DNA of 64,000 nt from a virus: the IMG/VR virus record IMGVR_UViG_3300045988_068528, positions 24,822-88,821 of that record. One strand, written 5' to 3'. The number at the start of each line of letters is the position of its first letter. Position 1 is the stretch's first letter. The translations under genes and the position numbers were made by a program. The notes under the pieces are model-generated. The model saw only the letters and a program-made list of their open reading frames with translations, had not been told where the DNA came from and ran no database searches. This document shows positions 35,250 through 48,500 of this stretch, piece after piece.

Positions 35250-38200
35250 ATGGCAGGTGGAAATATGGGAGACCTCAGTTTCTCGCTCACTCTTAAATCG
35301 AGAATTGAAGAGGAAACCAAAAAGATTACCAAAGAATTAAACAAGATTGATGCTACTGGTAAGCAGGCGCAGAATGCTTTGGAAGCAATATCCGAAGCAA
35401 CAAAGGGTATTGGAGATAAGGGAGGCCGTGGTTTTGAAAAGCTAAACAACTTCGTTAAAGAATTACGTCGTAACATTGCCGTATTTTCAAGCGAAGATTT
35501 CTTTAGTCCGAAAAAACTCCAGCAGTTGGAGTCTGTCCAGGATGGGTTGTACAAAATAGACCGCATACTCGGAGATGTGTCTAAGGAAGGTGCTGGATTC
35601 AACATATTCCCTAACAGTGTTTCCACTGAGGCAAACAAGGCTGAGAGAGAACTTTATAAGTTATCTTCTATTATTGACGAAATCAACAAACGCCATGGTG
35701 AAGGAATACAGATGTTTGGCGTCGATTCAACGAACAACATACGTCAGTCGTTGTCAGAGCTGTCTAAATACAGAACTGAGTTAGAACAGATCAGGAATAA
35801 CAGAGGTATTCATCCTATCACAGGACTCACAGCAACTGATGTCGTAAAGAGTTCCGGGTATCTTAATGCTATAGATAAAGCAAATACTTATGCAAAGGTT
35901 ATAAAGGACGCAGCACGCGAGGCAAAAGAGGCAGAGAGGCAACGCCAGAATGATTTGAAGAACACGGAGCGTCGGTATGATTCTCTCGGCAATAAGGTTC
36001 GCCAGCTTCGCTCTGAATACAGCCGAGGAATTTCTGTCGGAGCAGATGTTAGTAAAGCGGAAGCTGAGATTAGCAGGCTCCTTTCTTTAATGAGAAATCT
36101 TAGAACCATCAAAGACAGGCTCAATTCGGAGAATTGGAGAAAAGGCCTAGGTATGCTTGGTAACATTGGCAGTGGACACGATACCACTTTAGCATCGAGG
36201 ATACTTCAAGACCAAAAGGCAATAAACCAAGAGGTTCAGAAAGGTATCGAGCTTGAACAGAAGCGCCAGCAGGAAATTGCTCAGTCTGCTGCAAGGGCAC
36301 GAAACGACCTTGCAGCAGCATTCGCCGGAGCAAACGCTGAAGCGAAGAAGATGCAATCCATAGTCGGAGACATCAAGTCTCTCTTCTTACAGGGAGGTAT
36401 TGTCTTTGGCGCACAGCAATTCTTTAATTCAATCGTACAGACCGGTGGTGAGATTGTTCAGCAGCATGTTGCGTTACGCTCCATCCTTGGTGATGTACAG
36501 AAGGCTGACGAGCTGTTCGCTCAGACACAGCAGCTTGCGTTGCAGTCTCCATTCAAGTTTGGAGAGCTGAACCGAGATGTAAAACAGCTGGCTGCATTTG
36601 GAGTTGAGGCAAATGACCTGTATGATACCACAAAGCGTCTCGCTGATATCGCATCTGGTCTTGGTGTGTCTTTCGAGCGACTTGGCTTGGCTTATGGTCA
36701 GGTTAAGGCCCGTTCTTGGCTTGACGGTAAGGAGTTGCGCCAGTTTGCTTATGCTGGACTTCCACTCTTACAAAGAATTACGGAGCTTTACAATTCAGAA
36801 GGGAAGAACGGAAGGAACAATTATACCCAGGCAGATGTCAAGAAGATGATTACTGCTAGACAAGTAAGCTTTGAGGATGTCCAGAAAGTGCTTTGGAAGA
36901 TGACGGATGAAGGCGGTCAGTTCTACAATATGCAGTTCGTCTTATCAGAGACATTACTTGGTCGCTGGAACAAGCTCATTGATGCCTGGGATATTATGCT
37001 AGGAAAGTTCGCAGAAGGCAAGAATATCGTCGGAGGTACTTTCTCGTTCATCATAAATAGAGTAACCGACCTTGTGTTAGCTTTGGACAAGCTGTCTCCT
37101 GCCCTTCTTTCATTCGGAGCGGTGTTTGCTGCAAGGAAGCTCGGCGGTATGGCTTATTCTAAGATGGGTATTGGATCACTTGCTAAGAGTTATACTCAGC
37201 AGATGAATTCCCAGTTAAAGTCTTATGCTATCGAACAGCAGCAACTTGTTGTGGAAGGAGAGATTACGCAGAAGATTGCCCAGCAGAATGTATTCAAGAA
37301 AGCTGCTATTCTGTCGGAAAAGCAATCGCTTGTCGCGAGCTACAATAGGGCTGCACTCGAAGGAAGGATGTCCGTATTGCAGATGCAACGAGCAGTCAAG
37401 GAAGGCTTGGTTTCTAAGGAGATAATTAGTCAGCTCGCATTGATGGGACAAATAACCGCCAAACAAGAGCAAATCATCTTGAATGGAGGCAGAATGTCTG
37501 CCGTATGGAGCATGACAACTTCAAAGATCGGAGGATTTATCAACGCCATCGGTGGTTGGTGGGGGATCGGCATTACGGCTATCACTTCATTGTTGATGGG
37601 GTACAATCAATGGTCAAGTCGAGTAAAGGAAGAAAAAAAGACGTTGATTGATGGAGCTAAGCAGAAATCCAAAAGTTACGGAGATTTTCTGTCTGGATTA
37701 GGCCCAAAAGACGCGTCCAACCTTTCTTCGCAAGTTGACTCGATGAAGGAGATTCTGAAAAGTTCAGATGACTACACGGATTCTATCAAGCAGCAGGTTG
37801 AAAGCGCAGGAAGCCTGTCAAAACAATACGACATACTCAAAGAAAAAATTGAGGATGCGAAAAAAGCAAATGATGGCTTAGCTGATAAATATGGAGTTAT
37901 AACGAATAACGCAACTTCAGCAACAGGTCTTGTTAGCGACAACCTATTCGATATGATCGGAGCTGATACTCCACAATGGTTACAGTGGTTGAATGGACTC
38001 ACGAACGATGATATTGCAAAGAATGTGGAGCAAGCACAAGAATCTCTGTCTAAGTTCCAGGTGATGTTCGACGAGCTCGACTCTAATACAAAGGCAAAAA
38101 TGGAGGATTTTATCCGGTCTTTGATGGAAAACAACGAAGAGCTAGCAAACCAAATCAAGGGTCTGCCCCTTACTGAGCAGATTAGGATGCTTGCGGCTAT

Positions 38201-41200
38201 TGGCGGAGATGATTGGGAAAAATTTGTCGACAAGTTTGCAAATGGAAGCAAGGAGACAGAAAACTGGTTAAAGGAACTTGCGGAAAGAGCGAAGGATTCT
38301 AGCGATGATGTGTCCGAAATAATGTATGACGACGTGCCGAGAGGACTTGAGTCCGTCAGAAAACAGCTCGGGTTGTCTCAAGATCAATTCCGCACGTGGG
38401 CAAAACGAAACCCTGAGATTTTCGCCAGCATGATGGACAAGATGGCTCAGAAAGCAAATATTACAAGCAAAACCATCTTGTATTATTTTCATTCGGCTAT
38501 CAGCAAGCTCATGGATATGGACTTTTGGCCAGGCGACAGTGGTAACGGAAAGCAGGGAAAGCCTTCGTATAACTCTGGCGTGAACACTCCTTTCTCTGAG
38601 ATTATAAGGCAAAGACTTCACAAGAACGGAACTTTCACTGGAAACAAAAAGAAAGGTAAGTTTTGGACGAGAGAGGTTGACAATGCGTTAAGGCAAGTAC
38701 AAGACCAGTCTTTCGAGACCACAGGTGAGAATATTCGTAAGGAGCTCAAAGCTGCGAGAAATGAGCTTGACACGATAGTCAATGGAAAAGTAAGCAAGAA
38801 TTCTTCTGAGTACAAGAATGCTAAACACAAGTATGACTTGTGGAAAGCTATCGCTGACGCAGGTTACATCTCTGACGATCTTGGAAAGAACAAGGTTACG
38901 GGTAACTTTGGAAAAGACAAAAACAAGAATGGTCGCGAAGAAGACGCTGAGCTCAAGCGTTTACAGGAGCGTCTAAGCAGTCTTAAGTCTGCAAGACAGA
39001 TGTATCAGAAGTACAAGAGCATCATGCCGAACGAAGAGGCAAAGAAGAAGACTTACAATCTCTTCCCAGAGGTTACCGGTCTTAATCTTGACGACTACCA
39101 AAAGGCTGTTCATTCTCTCCTTGAAGGATTCAGCATAAACACCACCGAGAGAAAGAAGTTCCAGACTTCCATCTATCGTGAGGTTGCAGAGTGGCTCTTC
39201 GACGAGAAGGACAAGAAGGAGTACGAGAGAAAGGCAGCTGACTTCAATGAATCCATGAACAAGCTGTCAGAACGTTGGGATTTGTACAAGAGTCTTCTCG
39301 AAAAGACAGGCAGCAAGTTCTTTGCTGAGTCCGCATGGATTGACGCTTTTCAGATGGATGACAAGACTCAATCTCTTATGGACGAGTATTACGCTCACTA
39401 CCATGAGATATTTAATCTTCATAACTCTCTCAATATGACGGATGGTGAAGCTAAAGCAAAGCTTAAGCTCCCAAATCAGTACGAAGAGTGGAAGAAGATT
39501 ACAGAACTTCTCCGTGGTAATTATGTCAAGTCATTAAAGGATGCCGCCGACATCATCGAGAAGACGGAAGATTACGAGGACAAAATTCTTAAGATTCGAC
39601 AGGATTACGATAAACTTATCAGCAAGACGAATGATCCTGGTATCAAGGCAAGGTACGAGATACAGAGAGACAAGGAGATTGGTCAGGTTAAGCTTGACAA
39701 GTTTAAGAACTCTTCTGATTATCTCAACTTCTACGGAGCCATCGTATCTCTCGGTATGGACAAGGCTCAGACTATCGGAGCAAGAATCAGGCAGAATATC
39801 AATGAGGCTCTGCAAAACGGAGCTATCGATGCGAGAGAGTACGCCAAGGAAATCAAGCAGCTTGATGAGCAGTTGTCGAAGCTGACGAGTCCAAAGAAGA
39901 CTTTCCTCAATGGAGGTCTAAAGGGAATGGCCGAGCAGAAGATTTCTGATGCCAGCGAGCAGATGACAATCGCAGCAAGTAAAATTGCTGAAGGAAAGAA
40001 GGTTCGCGAACTTGGCCTCAAAATGGGAGACGAAAACTTCATCAAGCGTGGTGACAGCATGATTGCCAGTGGAAAGGCTATGATGAAGGCTGCTGAGATT
40101 CTGTTTAAAGATGGAACAAAGGCGAAAGAATCTCTTGATAAGTTTGCTAACGTAGTAAGCATTATCGACCAGAATGTCCAGGGAATGAGTGAAGCATTCA
40201 ATGACATCAAAGAGACTGCTTCCCTTCTCGGAGCTGACACTGAGTCTGACGGATGGCAGGACGCTTCTGCGTTCTTCGAGACATTCTCCGGTATGTCAAG
40301 TTCACTGTCAAAGGTGGTAACAAGCGCGGAGTCCGGCAATATTGGTGGAATCCTTGCCGGTGTCACCGGCATATTTACTTCACCTATCAAGGCGTTTGCA
40401 AAGGCTCATGATGCTAAGCTCGACAGACAGATAAAGCTCGCAGAGAGACAGCTGAATGAATTGAAGAACCTATCTAGCAATATCAGTTCTGTTATCGAAA
40501 AGACGCTCGGTGGAATCTATTCTTACGAGAGATCTTCAGATACGACTAAAAAGCTCAACGATGTCAAGAATGACTATAAGGCTTGGGAGGCTTATTCCAA
40601 GACTGATATGGGCAAGGCTTTCTTCGGTGGCAAGAACTTGAGTCACTACAGCAAGGAGACCTATGATGCTGTGATGAAGACGGAGACGAATCCTTCCGCA
40701 TACGCAGACCAGCTCGCCCTACTCCACGCTCAGGAAGACGAGCTAAGGAAGCAGAGGCAAGCCGAGGATGATAAGAAAAAGACGGATAAGGATAAACTCG
40801 CCGACTACGACCAGCAAATCAAGGAGATGGAGTTACAGATCAAGACGTTCGCACAGGACTTCCTTAAAGACGTTTACTCTATCGATATGAAGAGCTGGGC
40901 AAGCACACTTACTGACACTATCGTGAGTGCATGGGCTAAAGGCGAGGATGCGGTAGATGCCTATAGGGAGAAGGTGAAGGACATGGTTCGCGATGTTACG
41001 AAGAATATCGTATCTCAGAAAATCATGGAGAAGGCACTTGAAAAACCTCTCGAATGGCTTACATCCGTTCTTGATGAAAAGGGACAGCTCGACGAGACAG
41101 ATATGGATAAGTTTGCAAAGCAGCTTTACGAGGTTGGGGAAAAAGTAACTCCTCAGATAACCGGACTCTTTGATGCAATGAAGAATAATGGATTTGATAT

Positions 41201-41504
41201 GAGAGAGAACGGAAGCTCATCTGCCACCAACTCTGTTAAGAGTATCACAGAGGAGACAGCTGATCTCCTAGCCAGTTATGTAAACAGCATACGTCTCGAT
41301 TTGTCTGTTGTTCGTGAGATGCAGGGGAAATTCTTACCTGAGATGAGTGAGATTGCAAAGTCTCAGTTGACTCAGCTTAACCTGATTGCTCAAAACACCT
41401 TGCGCAATGCAGATGCAGCAGAGAGAATCGATAAGACTGTCTCGGAGTTGAACGATAACTTCAACAGAGTTATCAATGGTACGAAATCTTTAAAAATGAA
41501 ATAA
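35250..41504 (+). CDS. tape measure protein
   Basis: 2084 aa, helix-rich, with a tape-measure core-like segment (GGEIVQQHVALRSILGD...LADIASGLGVSFERLGLAYGQVKA). It follows the frameshifted chaperone. Confidence 0.9.
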   Translation: MAGGNMGDLSFSLTLKSRIEEETKKITKELNKIDATGKQAQNALEAISEATKGIGDKGGRGFEKLNNFVKELRRNIAVFSSEDFFSPKKLQQLESVQDGLYKIDRILGDVSKEGAGFNIFPNSVSTEANKAERELYKLSSIIDEINKRHGEGIQMFGVDSTNNIRQSLSELSKYRTELEQIRNNRGIHPITGLTATDVVKSSGYLNAIDKANTYAKVIKDAAREAKEAERQRQNDLKNTERRYDSLGNKVRQLRSEYSRGISVGADVSKAEAEISRLLSLMRNLRTIKDRLNSENWRKGLGMLGNIGSGHDTTLASRILQDQKAINQEVQKGIELEQKRQQEIAQSAARARNDLAAAFAGANAEAKKMQSIVGDIKSLFLQGGIVFGAQQFFNSIVQTGGEIVQQHVALRSILGDVQKADELFAQTQQLALQSPFKFGELNRDVKQLAAFGVEANDLYDTTKRLADIASGLGVSFERLGLAYGQVKARSWLDGKELRQFAYAGLPLLQRITELYNSEGKNGRNNYTQADVKKMITARQVSFEDVQKVLWKMTDEGGQFYNMQFVLSETLLGRWNKLIDAWDIMLGKFAEGKNIVGGTFSFIINRVTDLVLALDKLSPALLSFGAVFAARKLGGMAYSKMGIGSLAKSYTQQMNSQLKSYAIEQQQLVVEGEITQKIAQQNVFKKAAILSEKQSLVASYNRAALEGRMSVLQMQRAVKEGLVSKEIISQLALMGQITAKQEQIILNGGRMSAVWSMTTSKIGGFINAIGGWWGIGITAITSLLMGYNQWSSRVKEEKKTLIDGAKQKSKSYGDFLSGLGPKDASNLSSQVDSMKEILKSSDDYTDSIKQQVESAGSLSKQYDILKEKIEDAKKANDGLADKYGVITNNATSATGLVSDNLFDMIGADTPQWLQWLNGLTNDDIAKNVEQAQESLSKFQVMFDELDSNTKAKMEDFIRSLMENNEELANQIKGLPLTEQIRMLAAIGGDDWEKFVDKFANGSKETENWLKELAERAKDSSDDVSEIMYDDVPRGLESVRKQLGLSQDQFRTWAKRNPEIFASMMDKMAQKANITSKTILYYFHSAISKLMDMDFWPGDSGNGKQGKPSYNSGVNTPFSEIIRQRLHKNGTFTGNKKKGKFWTREVDNALRQVQDQSFETTGENIRKELKAARNELDTIVNGKVSKNSSEYKNAKHKYDLWKAIADAGYISDDLGKNKVTGNFGKDKNKNGREEDAELKRLQERLSSLKSARQMYQKYKSIMPNEEAKKKTYNLFPEVTGLNLDDYQKAVHSLLEGFSINTTERKKFQTSIYREVAEWLFDEKDKKEYERKAADFNESMNKLSERWDLYKSLLEKTGSKFFAESAWIDAFQMDDKTQSLMDEYYAHYHEIFNLHNSLNMTDGEAKAKLKLPNQYEEWKKITELLRGNYVKSLKDAADIIEKTEDYEDKILKIRQDYDKLISKTNDPGIKARYEIQRDKEIGQVKLDKFKNSSDYLNFYGAIVSLGMDKAQTIGARIRQNINEALQNGAIDAREYAKEIKQLDEQLSKLTSPKKTFLNGGLKGMAEQKISDASEQMTIAASKIAEGKKVRELGLKMGDENFIKRGDSMIASGKAMMKAAEILFKDGTKAKESLDKFANVVSIIDQNVQGMSEAFNDIKETASLLGADTESDGWQDASAFFETFSGMSSSLSKVVTSAESGNIGGILAGVTGIFTSPIKAFAKAHDAKLDRQIKLAERQLNELKNLSSNISSVIEKTLGGIYSYERSSDTTKKLNDVKNDYKAWEAYSKTDMGKAFFGGKNLSHYSKETYDAVMKTETNPSAYADQLALLHAQEDELRKQRQAEDDKKKTDKDKLADYDQQIKEMELQIKTFAQDFLKDVYSIDMKSWASTLTDTIVSAWAKGEDAVDAYREKVKDMVRDVTKNIVSQKIMEKALEKPLEWLTSVLDEKGQLDETDMDKFAKQLYEVGEKVTPQITGLFDAMKNNGFDMRENGSSSATNSVKSITEETADLLASYVNSIRLDLSVVREMQGKFLPEMSEIAKSQLTQLNLIAQNTLRNADAAERIDKTVSELNDNFNRVINGTKSLKMK

Positions 41505-41506
41505 TT

Positions 41507-42022
41507 ATGTTTGGAAAAAGTAATTTATCAGACAGAATGAAGAACGAGGCGGTTTCACTGGGTCTTTGCGCTCAGTGGACCGCCGAGTGGCACGACAACT
41601 CATCCAAGCATGAGATGGTCGAGAAGTTTGTTAAGGGTATCGACTTCTGTATCGGAAGAAACTGGCCTTCGACCAAGGTTATGAAGAAGAACTTTGGTGA
41701 TGTCATTCATGATCATGGTGTGTATGTTGACGAGAACGTTGACCTGCAAAACCCAAAGATTGTCATCCTCAATGGAGAGTGTGTAGCAAACATCAACTAT
41801 GACTGGATGGATAGCGGTGAGATATACGTAAGACACAACTCTTCACTTTACCTGAAGGTCAAGGGGTTCTCCAGGGTGTTTGTCAATCTGTTAGATGGTG
41901 CAGAGCTTCATGTTGAATGCGAAGATACCGCAAAGTGCTTCGTCTACCAATACGGAGGAACAGTCGTGAAAGCTACCGGACCAGTCAATATCAGGGATAG
42001 ACACGACTTTAAGTTCAATTAA
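41507..42022 (+). CDS. hypothetical tail-module protein (171 aa)
   Basis: ORF 3 nt after the tape measure stop. Confidence 0.6.
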   Translation: MFGKSNLSDRMKNEAVSLGLCAQWTAEWHDNSSKHEMVEKFVKGIDFCIGRNWPSTKVMKKNFGDVIHDHGVYVDENVDLQNPKIVILNGECVANINYDWMDSGEIYVRHNSSLYLKVKGFSRVFVNLLDGAELHVECEDTAKCFVYQYGGTVVKATGPVNIRDRHDFKFN

Positions 42023-42067
42023 CGCATATTTATGCGCATATTACTTGCATATTTATGTATTATTTTG

Positions 42068-42075
42068 TATATTTG
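42068..42075 (+). promoter_or_regulatory. candidate -7 box (TATATTTG) before the baseplate/fibre genes
   Basis: Matches TAnnTTTG, 26 nt upstream of the 42101 ATG. The near-palindrome CGCATATTTATGCG lies at 42023-42036. Confidence 0.4.
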
Positions 42076-42100
42076 CAATTATAAAAAGTTGAATTAAGGT

Positions 42101-42589
42101 ATGAAAGATTATTTCAGGATATACATGCAGAAGGAAGGCGATGGGAACGAGGTGAAGGACTCCATCGCCGACTTCGGTATGTACGTTAGCGAGAGTCCGT
42201 TCAAGCCTTGCGATGCCGTCAAGGAACCTATTAAAAGGGAATGGCACGACGAGCATGGCGACGATGAGTATATTGGTAAGGATGGCCTCTATATGGCGGC
42301 ATACGAGAACAAGGTCAAGTTCCTGTTCAAGGGTGATGCCTTCGGTGCCAACGAGAAGTGTAAGGCTTTCATCGACTATCTCCGCAAGTCTGGCATGATG
42401 AAAATGTACTGCGACTTCAACAGGGTTGGAAGGCAGCATGTGAGACTGAAGAGCATTGATCCGGACCTATACAGATATCCGGGCAGCGAGGATTTGCTTG
42501 TCCTCTCTATTACATTCAAGTTTAACGACCCTGTTACTGATGTCAAGCCGATTATGGACGCACAGGGCAGTATTTCAAATTTAGGATAG
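42101..42589 (+). CDS. distal tail protein-like (putative)
   Basis: 162-aa ORF immediately before the large fibre/tip gene. Support is positional. Confidence 0.45.
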   Translation: MKDYFRIYMQKEGDGNEVKDSIADFGMYVSESPFKPCDAVKEPIKREWHDEHGDDEYIGKDGLYMAAYENKVKFLFKGDAFGANEKCKAFIDYLRKSGMMKMYCDFNRVGRQHVRLKSIDPDLYRYPGSEDLLVLSITFKFNDPVTDVKPIMDAQGSISNLG

Positions 42590-42596
42590 CATACAA

Positions 42597-45500
42597 ATGA
42601 GCACTTGGAATATTTATCATAAGGATGGCTCGAAGCTGACAGACGTTAACGGAGAGCAGATAACCGTTCATGGATTGGAGTACTCTGATTCCTGGATGGG
42701 CGAATGCTTTTTGACTATCAACTTCAAGCATGAAGTGCCTATCAACTTTCAGATAGGCGACTATATTGTCTATCGTGGCGAGCGATTCGAGCTCAACTAC
42801 GAGCCGGGCAAGGATAAGCAGGCAAGACCTGACACCTACGGTGAAGGATTCGTTTACGAAAACGTGAAGTTCAACTCCTTGCAGGACGAGCTGTCAAGGG
42901 CAGATTTTCTCGATGTTGTTCTCAACGACAACGAGCTGCACTATACATCACTTCCAAAATTTCCTTTCTACGTAGAGACGCTTGATGATCTTCTTGACAG
43001 AATTCAGGCAAACCTCGACGAGCAGATTGGCGCTGGCAAGTGGAGGATCTATTCAAGGAATATGGACCGTTCTGTACAGCGTGGATGCCTGAAAAGCGAG
43101 TGGTTGTCTGTTTATGGTGAGAAAACAGACGATAATATCATCGATTCACAGTCTGTCACCGTTGATTCGGTAACCTGTTGGGATGCCCTCGCGCTGATAA
43201 ACAGCAAATGGGACATCAACTTTATCGTGCGCGGAAGAAACGTGTATGTCGGAACCACCGGCATACAGGCTGCACACATCTTTAAGTATGGTCTCGGCGA
43301 GGGGCTTTATGAACTGGAACAGAACTCTGATTCTGACCAGAAGGTTATAACGAGACTGAGAGCTTATGGTTCGGAGAAGAATCTTCCTTCTCATTACTAT
43401 GCGGACCTCGGTGTCAAGTACGTGGCGAATATCACGAAAGTGGTTACAGCTAGCACAAATGTCGAGCTTGAACTGGATATCGACTATATCGAGACATATT
43501 TCAAGAATAAGAGAAAGTACGTCGTTTCCGGAGAGTCTCAGGAGCAGTCTAACGGATGGGTTCTTCAGGTAACGTTCGATTTTCAGACTACCATTACCGG
43601 TTATGTAACACAGTCAGGCAGCTCTGGCAAATGCAGGTTCTACTCCGAGTTAAAGGGAACACAGACTGACACCGGAGATGAGGAATCAAAGGAGAAGCTT
43701 GATGCGTTTATTGCGCAGGTCAAGGCCGGAAATACAAAGATGTATATCACGTCCGGGCTCAATAAGAAGGTCGTTCCTTCATCCATGAAGGAGTACGCAA
43801 AGAATCTTCCGAATAATATGTCCATCAACAGGCTTATGCTGCCTGGATTTCCACATGTGTCGCTGAGTGACTTCTATGATTCGCTCACCGATGAGGAGAA
43901 GAAGTACGTGAACCCTACCGGGAAACAACACAGATTCTCTACTGACCCGCATAGACCATACATCGATTCCATCAACATCGATCAGATTGGTCTGCGTTCG
44001 GCATCGCAGTTCTTTGACACAGATGATAAGACAAATGGAATCATTGAAATCTACCCTACCATCGAAGAGATGGAAATCGGTGGCGTGCGTGCGGATGAGA
44101 TTGACGAGGGTGTCGCTCCTGATGATGACGGCCGATATGATGGCGACCCTGGTCCGAATAATGTTGATATTTATCTCACCAAAGCTGTTGATTTCGATAT
44201 AAAAGATTTAGCGGACGACGATTTCTCAATCTCCATGAAAGATGGTATGTGCGGCGGACGAACATTCAAAGTGGCATCCTCAACCAAGGTTGATGGTAGA
44301 TGGAGACTTACTATTGAGAGGAGCAAGGATGATGCTCTTGAGCTGTGGTTCCCATACAAGGACTATCCTATCAGGAAAGGCGATCATTTCGTTCTTACCG
44401 GCATCACCCTTCCCGATTCGTATGTCAAAGCTGCGTCTCTGAAGCTTTTGAAGTATGCTCTTGCCCTACTCGACAAGAACGACTATACCCGATTCGTCTA
44501 TCAGCCAAAAGTTGACGAGCTTTTTATGGCAAGACAGCACGACAAGGCTGTAGCCGACACCACCGGTACAATCAAGAGTCTTCACGACACCTTGAAAGCT
44601 GGCGACCTTATGGAGTTTGAGGACGGAGACCTTAAAATCGGCGGAATAATAACCATTGATCAGCTTAACATTGTTGAGAAGGAGGGTAAGATTCCAACAT
44701 ACGAGATTGTTCTCCGTGAAGACAAGGAAGTCGGAACTATACAGAAGATTCAACAGCAGATCTCGTCGCTACAGAACGGAGTCAATGCAAGCCTTACTGC
44801 ATCACAGGTAAAGACGCAGGTTGCCGTAGAGGGAAGTAAATACTTCGTCTCAAAACTCACCGACGATATCGCCAAGGGCACGGTTACTTGGGAAAAGGTG
44901 CAGAAGTTCTTTAGTGGATTGCTTATCGGTAACTCCAACAATGAGAACGGAGGCTCGTGGACTCCCGATACAGAAGGTCGCTCGCATCTCATCACCGATT
45001 ACCTGGAGGTGAGAATGAAGGCTATCTTCGAGGAGCTGGTTATCAAGAAGACATCTACAATCGGCGGTAAGGAGATTATCTCTCCTGCTGGCGGTGTGGT
45101 GGCTCATAAGGTAGAAGTTGTTACTGTGACATATAATAATGTGTCACAGAAGGCTTATCGTTGCTATTTCTTAGCAGAGCAGGAAGGTGATTCTGTAGAT
45201 AATGATTTCGCTGTTAACGACCAAGTGCGCTCGGAATCATTCAATGTACGCAAGGGCACTTACCACAAAGTTGGCAATCACTTTTACTGGCGATTGGTAA
45301 TCGGTCGTGATGAGGAACCTGTAGAGTTGGAAGGAAAGAAGTATCATTATATCGACCTCTCCGATACCGATTGTGCTACGGCAAGCGACGTACCTGCTAA
45401 AGGTGATGTGTTGTCGCAGTGCGGTAATAGAACCGATGTAGAGCGTCAGAACTGCCTTATCTTCTCGGCGGTAGATACCTATTCGCCATCCGTCAGCCTC

Positions 45501-48500
45501 TATCACGGCATCAATAGCTACTCCTTTGCAAACAAGGAATACGTAGAGTATGGTGTAAACAAGCAGACCAACAAGGCGTTCTTCAATGTTTATGGCGATA
45601 TGTATGTAGGCGACCGACCTACCAAGGAGAATGGTTACGAGGGAAGCAGCTACATCAAGTATGACAGCGCAGCCAAGCAGGTATCTGTTAAAGGCAAGAT
45701 TTCTGCCAAATCAACTGTGGATGGCAAGGAACTGTCTCAGTATATTAAGGAGAACTCAGCAAAGGGCTTGACCGAGGAGCAGGTAAACAATCTCATCAAG
45801 AACTCGCAGGTCATTGCCGACTTGCAGAATCAGGTGGATGGGGCTATCGAGACGTGGTTCTATGAGGGTGTGCCTACCTTGAAGAATGCCCCTGCCAGCA
45901 GCTGGACTACCGATAAGGATAAAGATACCCATCTTGGCGACCTTTATTACGACAACAAGACGGGTAAGGCATATCGTTTTGCCAAGGATGGCAACACCTA
46001 CAAGTGGACTATCATTACAGATACCGACATAGCTAAAGCCCTTTCCGATGCAAGCAAGGCACAGGAGACCGCAGACGGCAAGATGAAGGTATTCAGTACT
46101 CAACCGAACCCACCATACCAAGTTGGTGACATCTGGGTCAATGCTACATATCCTTCTGACGGCAGTACCTACAAGAATGAGGTATTGCGCTGTCAGACCA
46201 ACAAAGCGGCTGGTTCTCAGTTCGTCATCGGTGACTGGATTAAAGCATCTAGATATACCGATGATACCGTTGCCAACGCAGCCAAGAAAGCGGCAGAGGA
46301 TGCTCAGAAGGCGGCACAGACCGCACAGACGAACATTACGAACCTCGGAAAGACCGTCACTGGCAACAAGAAGGCATTCGATAACTACGTCAAGGATGGC
46401 TACCTAGAGCCTTCAGAGATTGCGGCTATGGCGCAGGACTCTAAGCGACTTGAGGATGATTTTGCGGCTGCGCAGAAGTCATATAATGAAGTGAAGGGAG
46501 CAGAGGTGCTGAAGGATACCAAGGAACTCTCCGACCTCAATTCCGCTTTTGCTACCCTCTCTACTGCCAAGAAAGAACTCATCACGTATCTCTCCGATAT
46601 TTCGACAAGATACAATGCGGCTGATACTAACGGCAAGGCTACCATCGTCTCAGCCGTTGGAACGAAGTTCACCAACTTCCAAAACGCATATTCTGCCTTC
46701 TATGACAAGCTGGGATTGGCGAACGCATATATCACTAGCAAGATATATGGCGACCTCGGTGTAGTTATCGGTGACGTAACCAGCCTTGCTTACTTAAAGA
46801 AGGCTCTGATGGATGCTCCCGATACAGAGATTAACGGAGGTCTGGTTCTTACATCACTCATCGGTTTGCGAGACACGGATGGCAATACTACGGCAGGTAT
46901 CAATGGTATAACAGAGAAGTCTGCAAAGGGAGGTGGTGTCGCCGCTTGGTTCGGTGGCGAAATGGTCGATAAGGACTACAACGATGGCTCTAAGACTCCT
47001 GCCAACACCATCTTCCGCTTCGATGGTTCGGGCTATGTGGCAGGTGGCGCAATCTGGTGGGGAACTGATGGTAGGGTTCACGCAGACCCGACATCGTTTA
47101 TCATCAGCGAGAAGAATCTTGGCGCATACCTCACCTTCTTCGAGCCTACGTGGAAGTCAGGAAGTGCAGGAACGAGCGTTGCCGACCTTGTGTCTTTGAA
47201 GCCAAACGCTCCATTCTCTAAACTTGGCGTATCAGGCGATGCTACATTCGAGGGCGCAATATCCTTCCACGGCATCAAGCTCACGTATGATGCAGCCAAT
47301 AAGGCAATCAAGATTGATGGTAATCTCTATGCCACAGGTGGTATCAGTGCATACGGAGCAAGTGATGGTACAAGTAGTGGTGGTGGGTTGAATGGTAGTG
47401 TGAAGAGCTATGCAGATGCCTTGAAACTTGCTAGCGAATCTCTGTCTGAGATAGCTTCTGCCTACTCCATCAAGGCTCTTGATAGTCGTATCGTCAGCCT
47501 AGAAGGAGGCTCGGCTATGGACGTTAGTGTTAGCGGTAGTGGAAACGCAGTGACAGCTATCAGTAAGAGCGGAACGACTATCAGCGTGACAAAGGGAGCA
47601 ACGTTCTTGACTTCACATCAGAGCCTTGCGAGCTACCTTACTAAGACTGACGCAGCCAGATTGTATCAGCCGAAGGGAAGCTATCTTACCGCCCACCAAT
47701 CGCTCGATGGTTATGTAAATGCAATAATAACAAGTGGAAATGGTAATGCCATTACTAGTGTATCTAAGAGTGGAAAGACTATTACTTTCACAAAGGGTAG
47801 CACGTTCTTAACGTCTCATCAAAGTTTAAATAACTATGTTACAAAAGGTAGTATACTTAAAGATAATGTAAATTTAGATTCGATAACAACAACAGGATTT
47901 TATCGTGCAAGTGGTCTTAAAACTCTTCCTGGATATGGACAATTACTTACAATTTTTGCTGGTGGTGATACTATTACGCAGATTTATGGTGCTTTTGATG
48001 GAAGACTATATACCAGAGGAGGAAATCCTACAGATGTCGGTGGTCATGGTTATTGGAGTTCTTGGAAAACTATTATTTATGACGGGGACAATATTAGTCA
48101 TTTTGCAAATGATGTTGGTTATATTAAAACACATCAAGATATTAGCGGAAAAGCTGATAAAAGTCAACTTGCAAATTACTTACCATTAAGTGGTGGAAAA
48201 ATGAGTGGAGTTTTACAACTTGATACTCCATCTACAGGTATGACTGATCCAAATACAATGAGATTATTTCTCAATACCAATAAATATAATGGTATAAATT
48301 CTACTCCTGGAATAGGATTTCATATATTGAATACATGTTGGGGTAATCTGAGAATGGAGTCAGATACAAGTTTAACTTGGTTCAATGCAAAAAATGATGG
48401 TTATTTACCAATAAAAGCTAGTGGATTTGTTATAGGTGGAGTTGCTTCTGATAATTATGTATTATTAGCTGGTGGCGGTCATAAAACAATATCTAGTTTA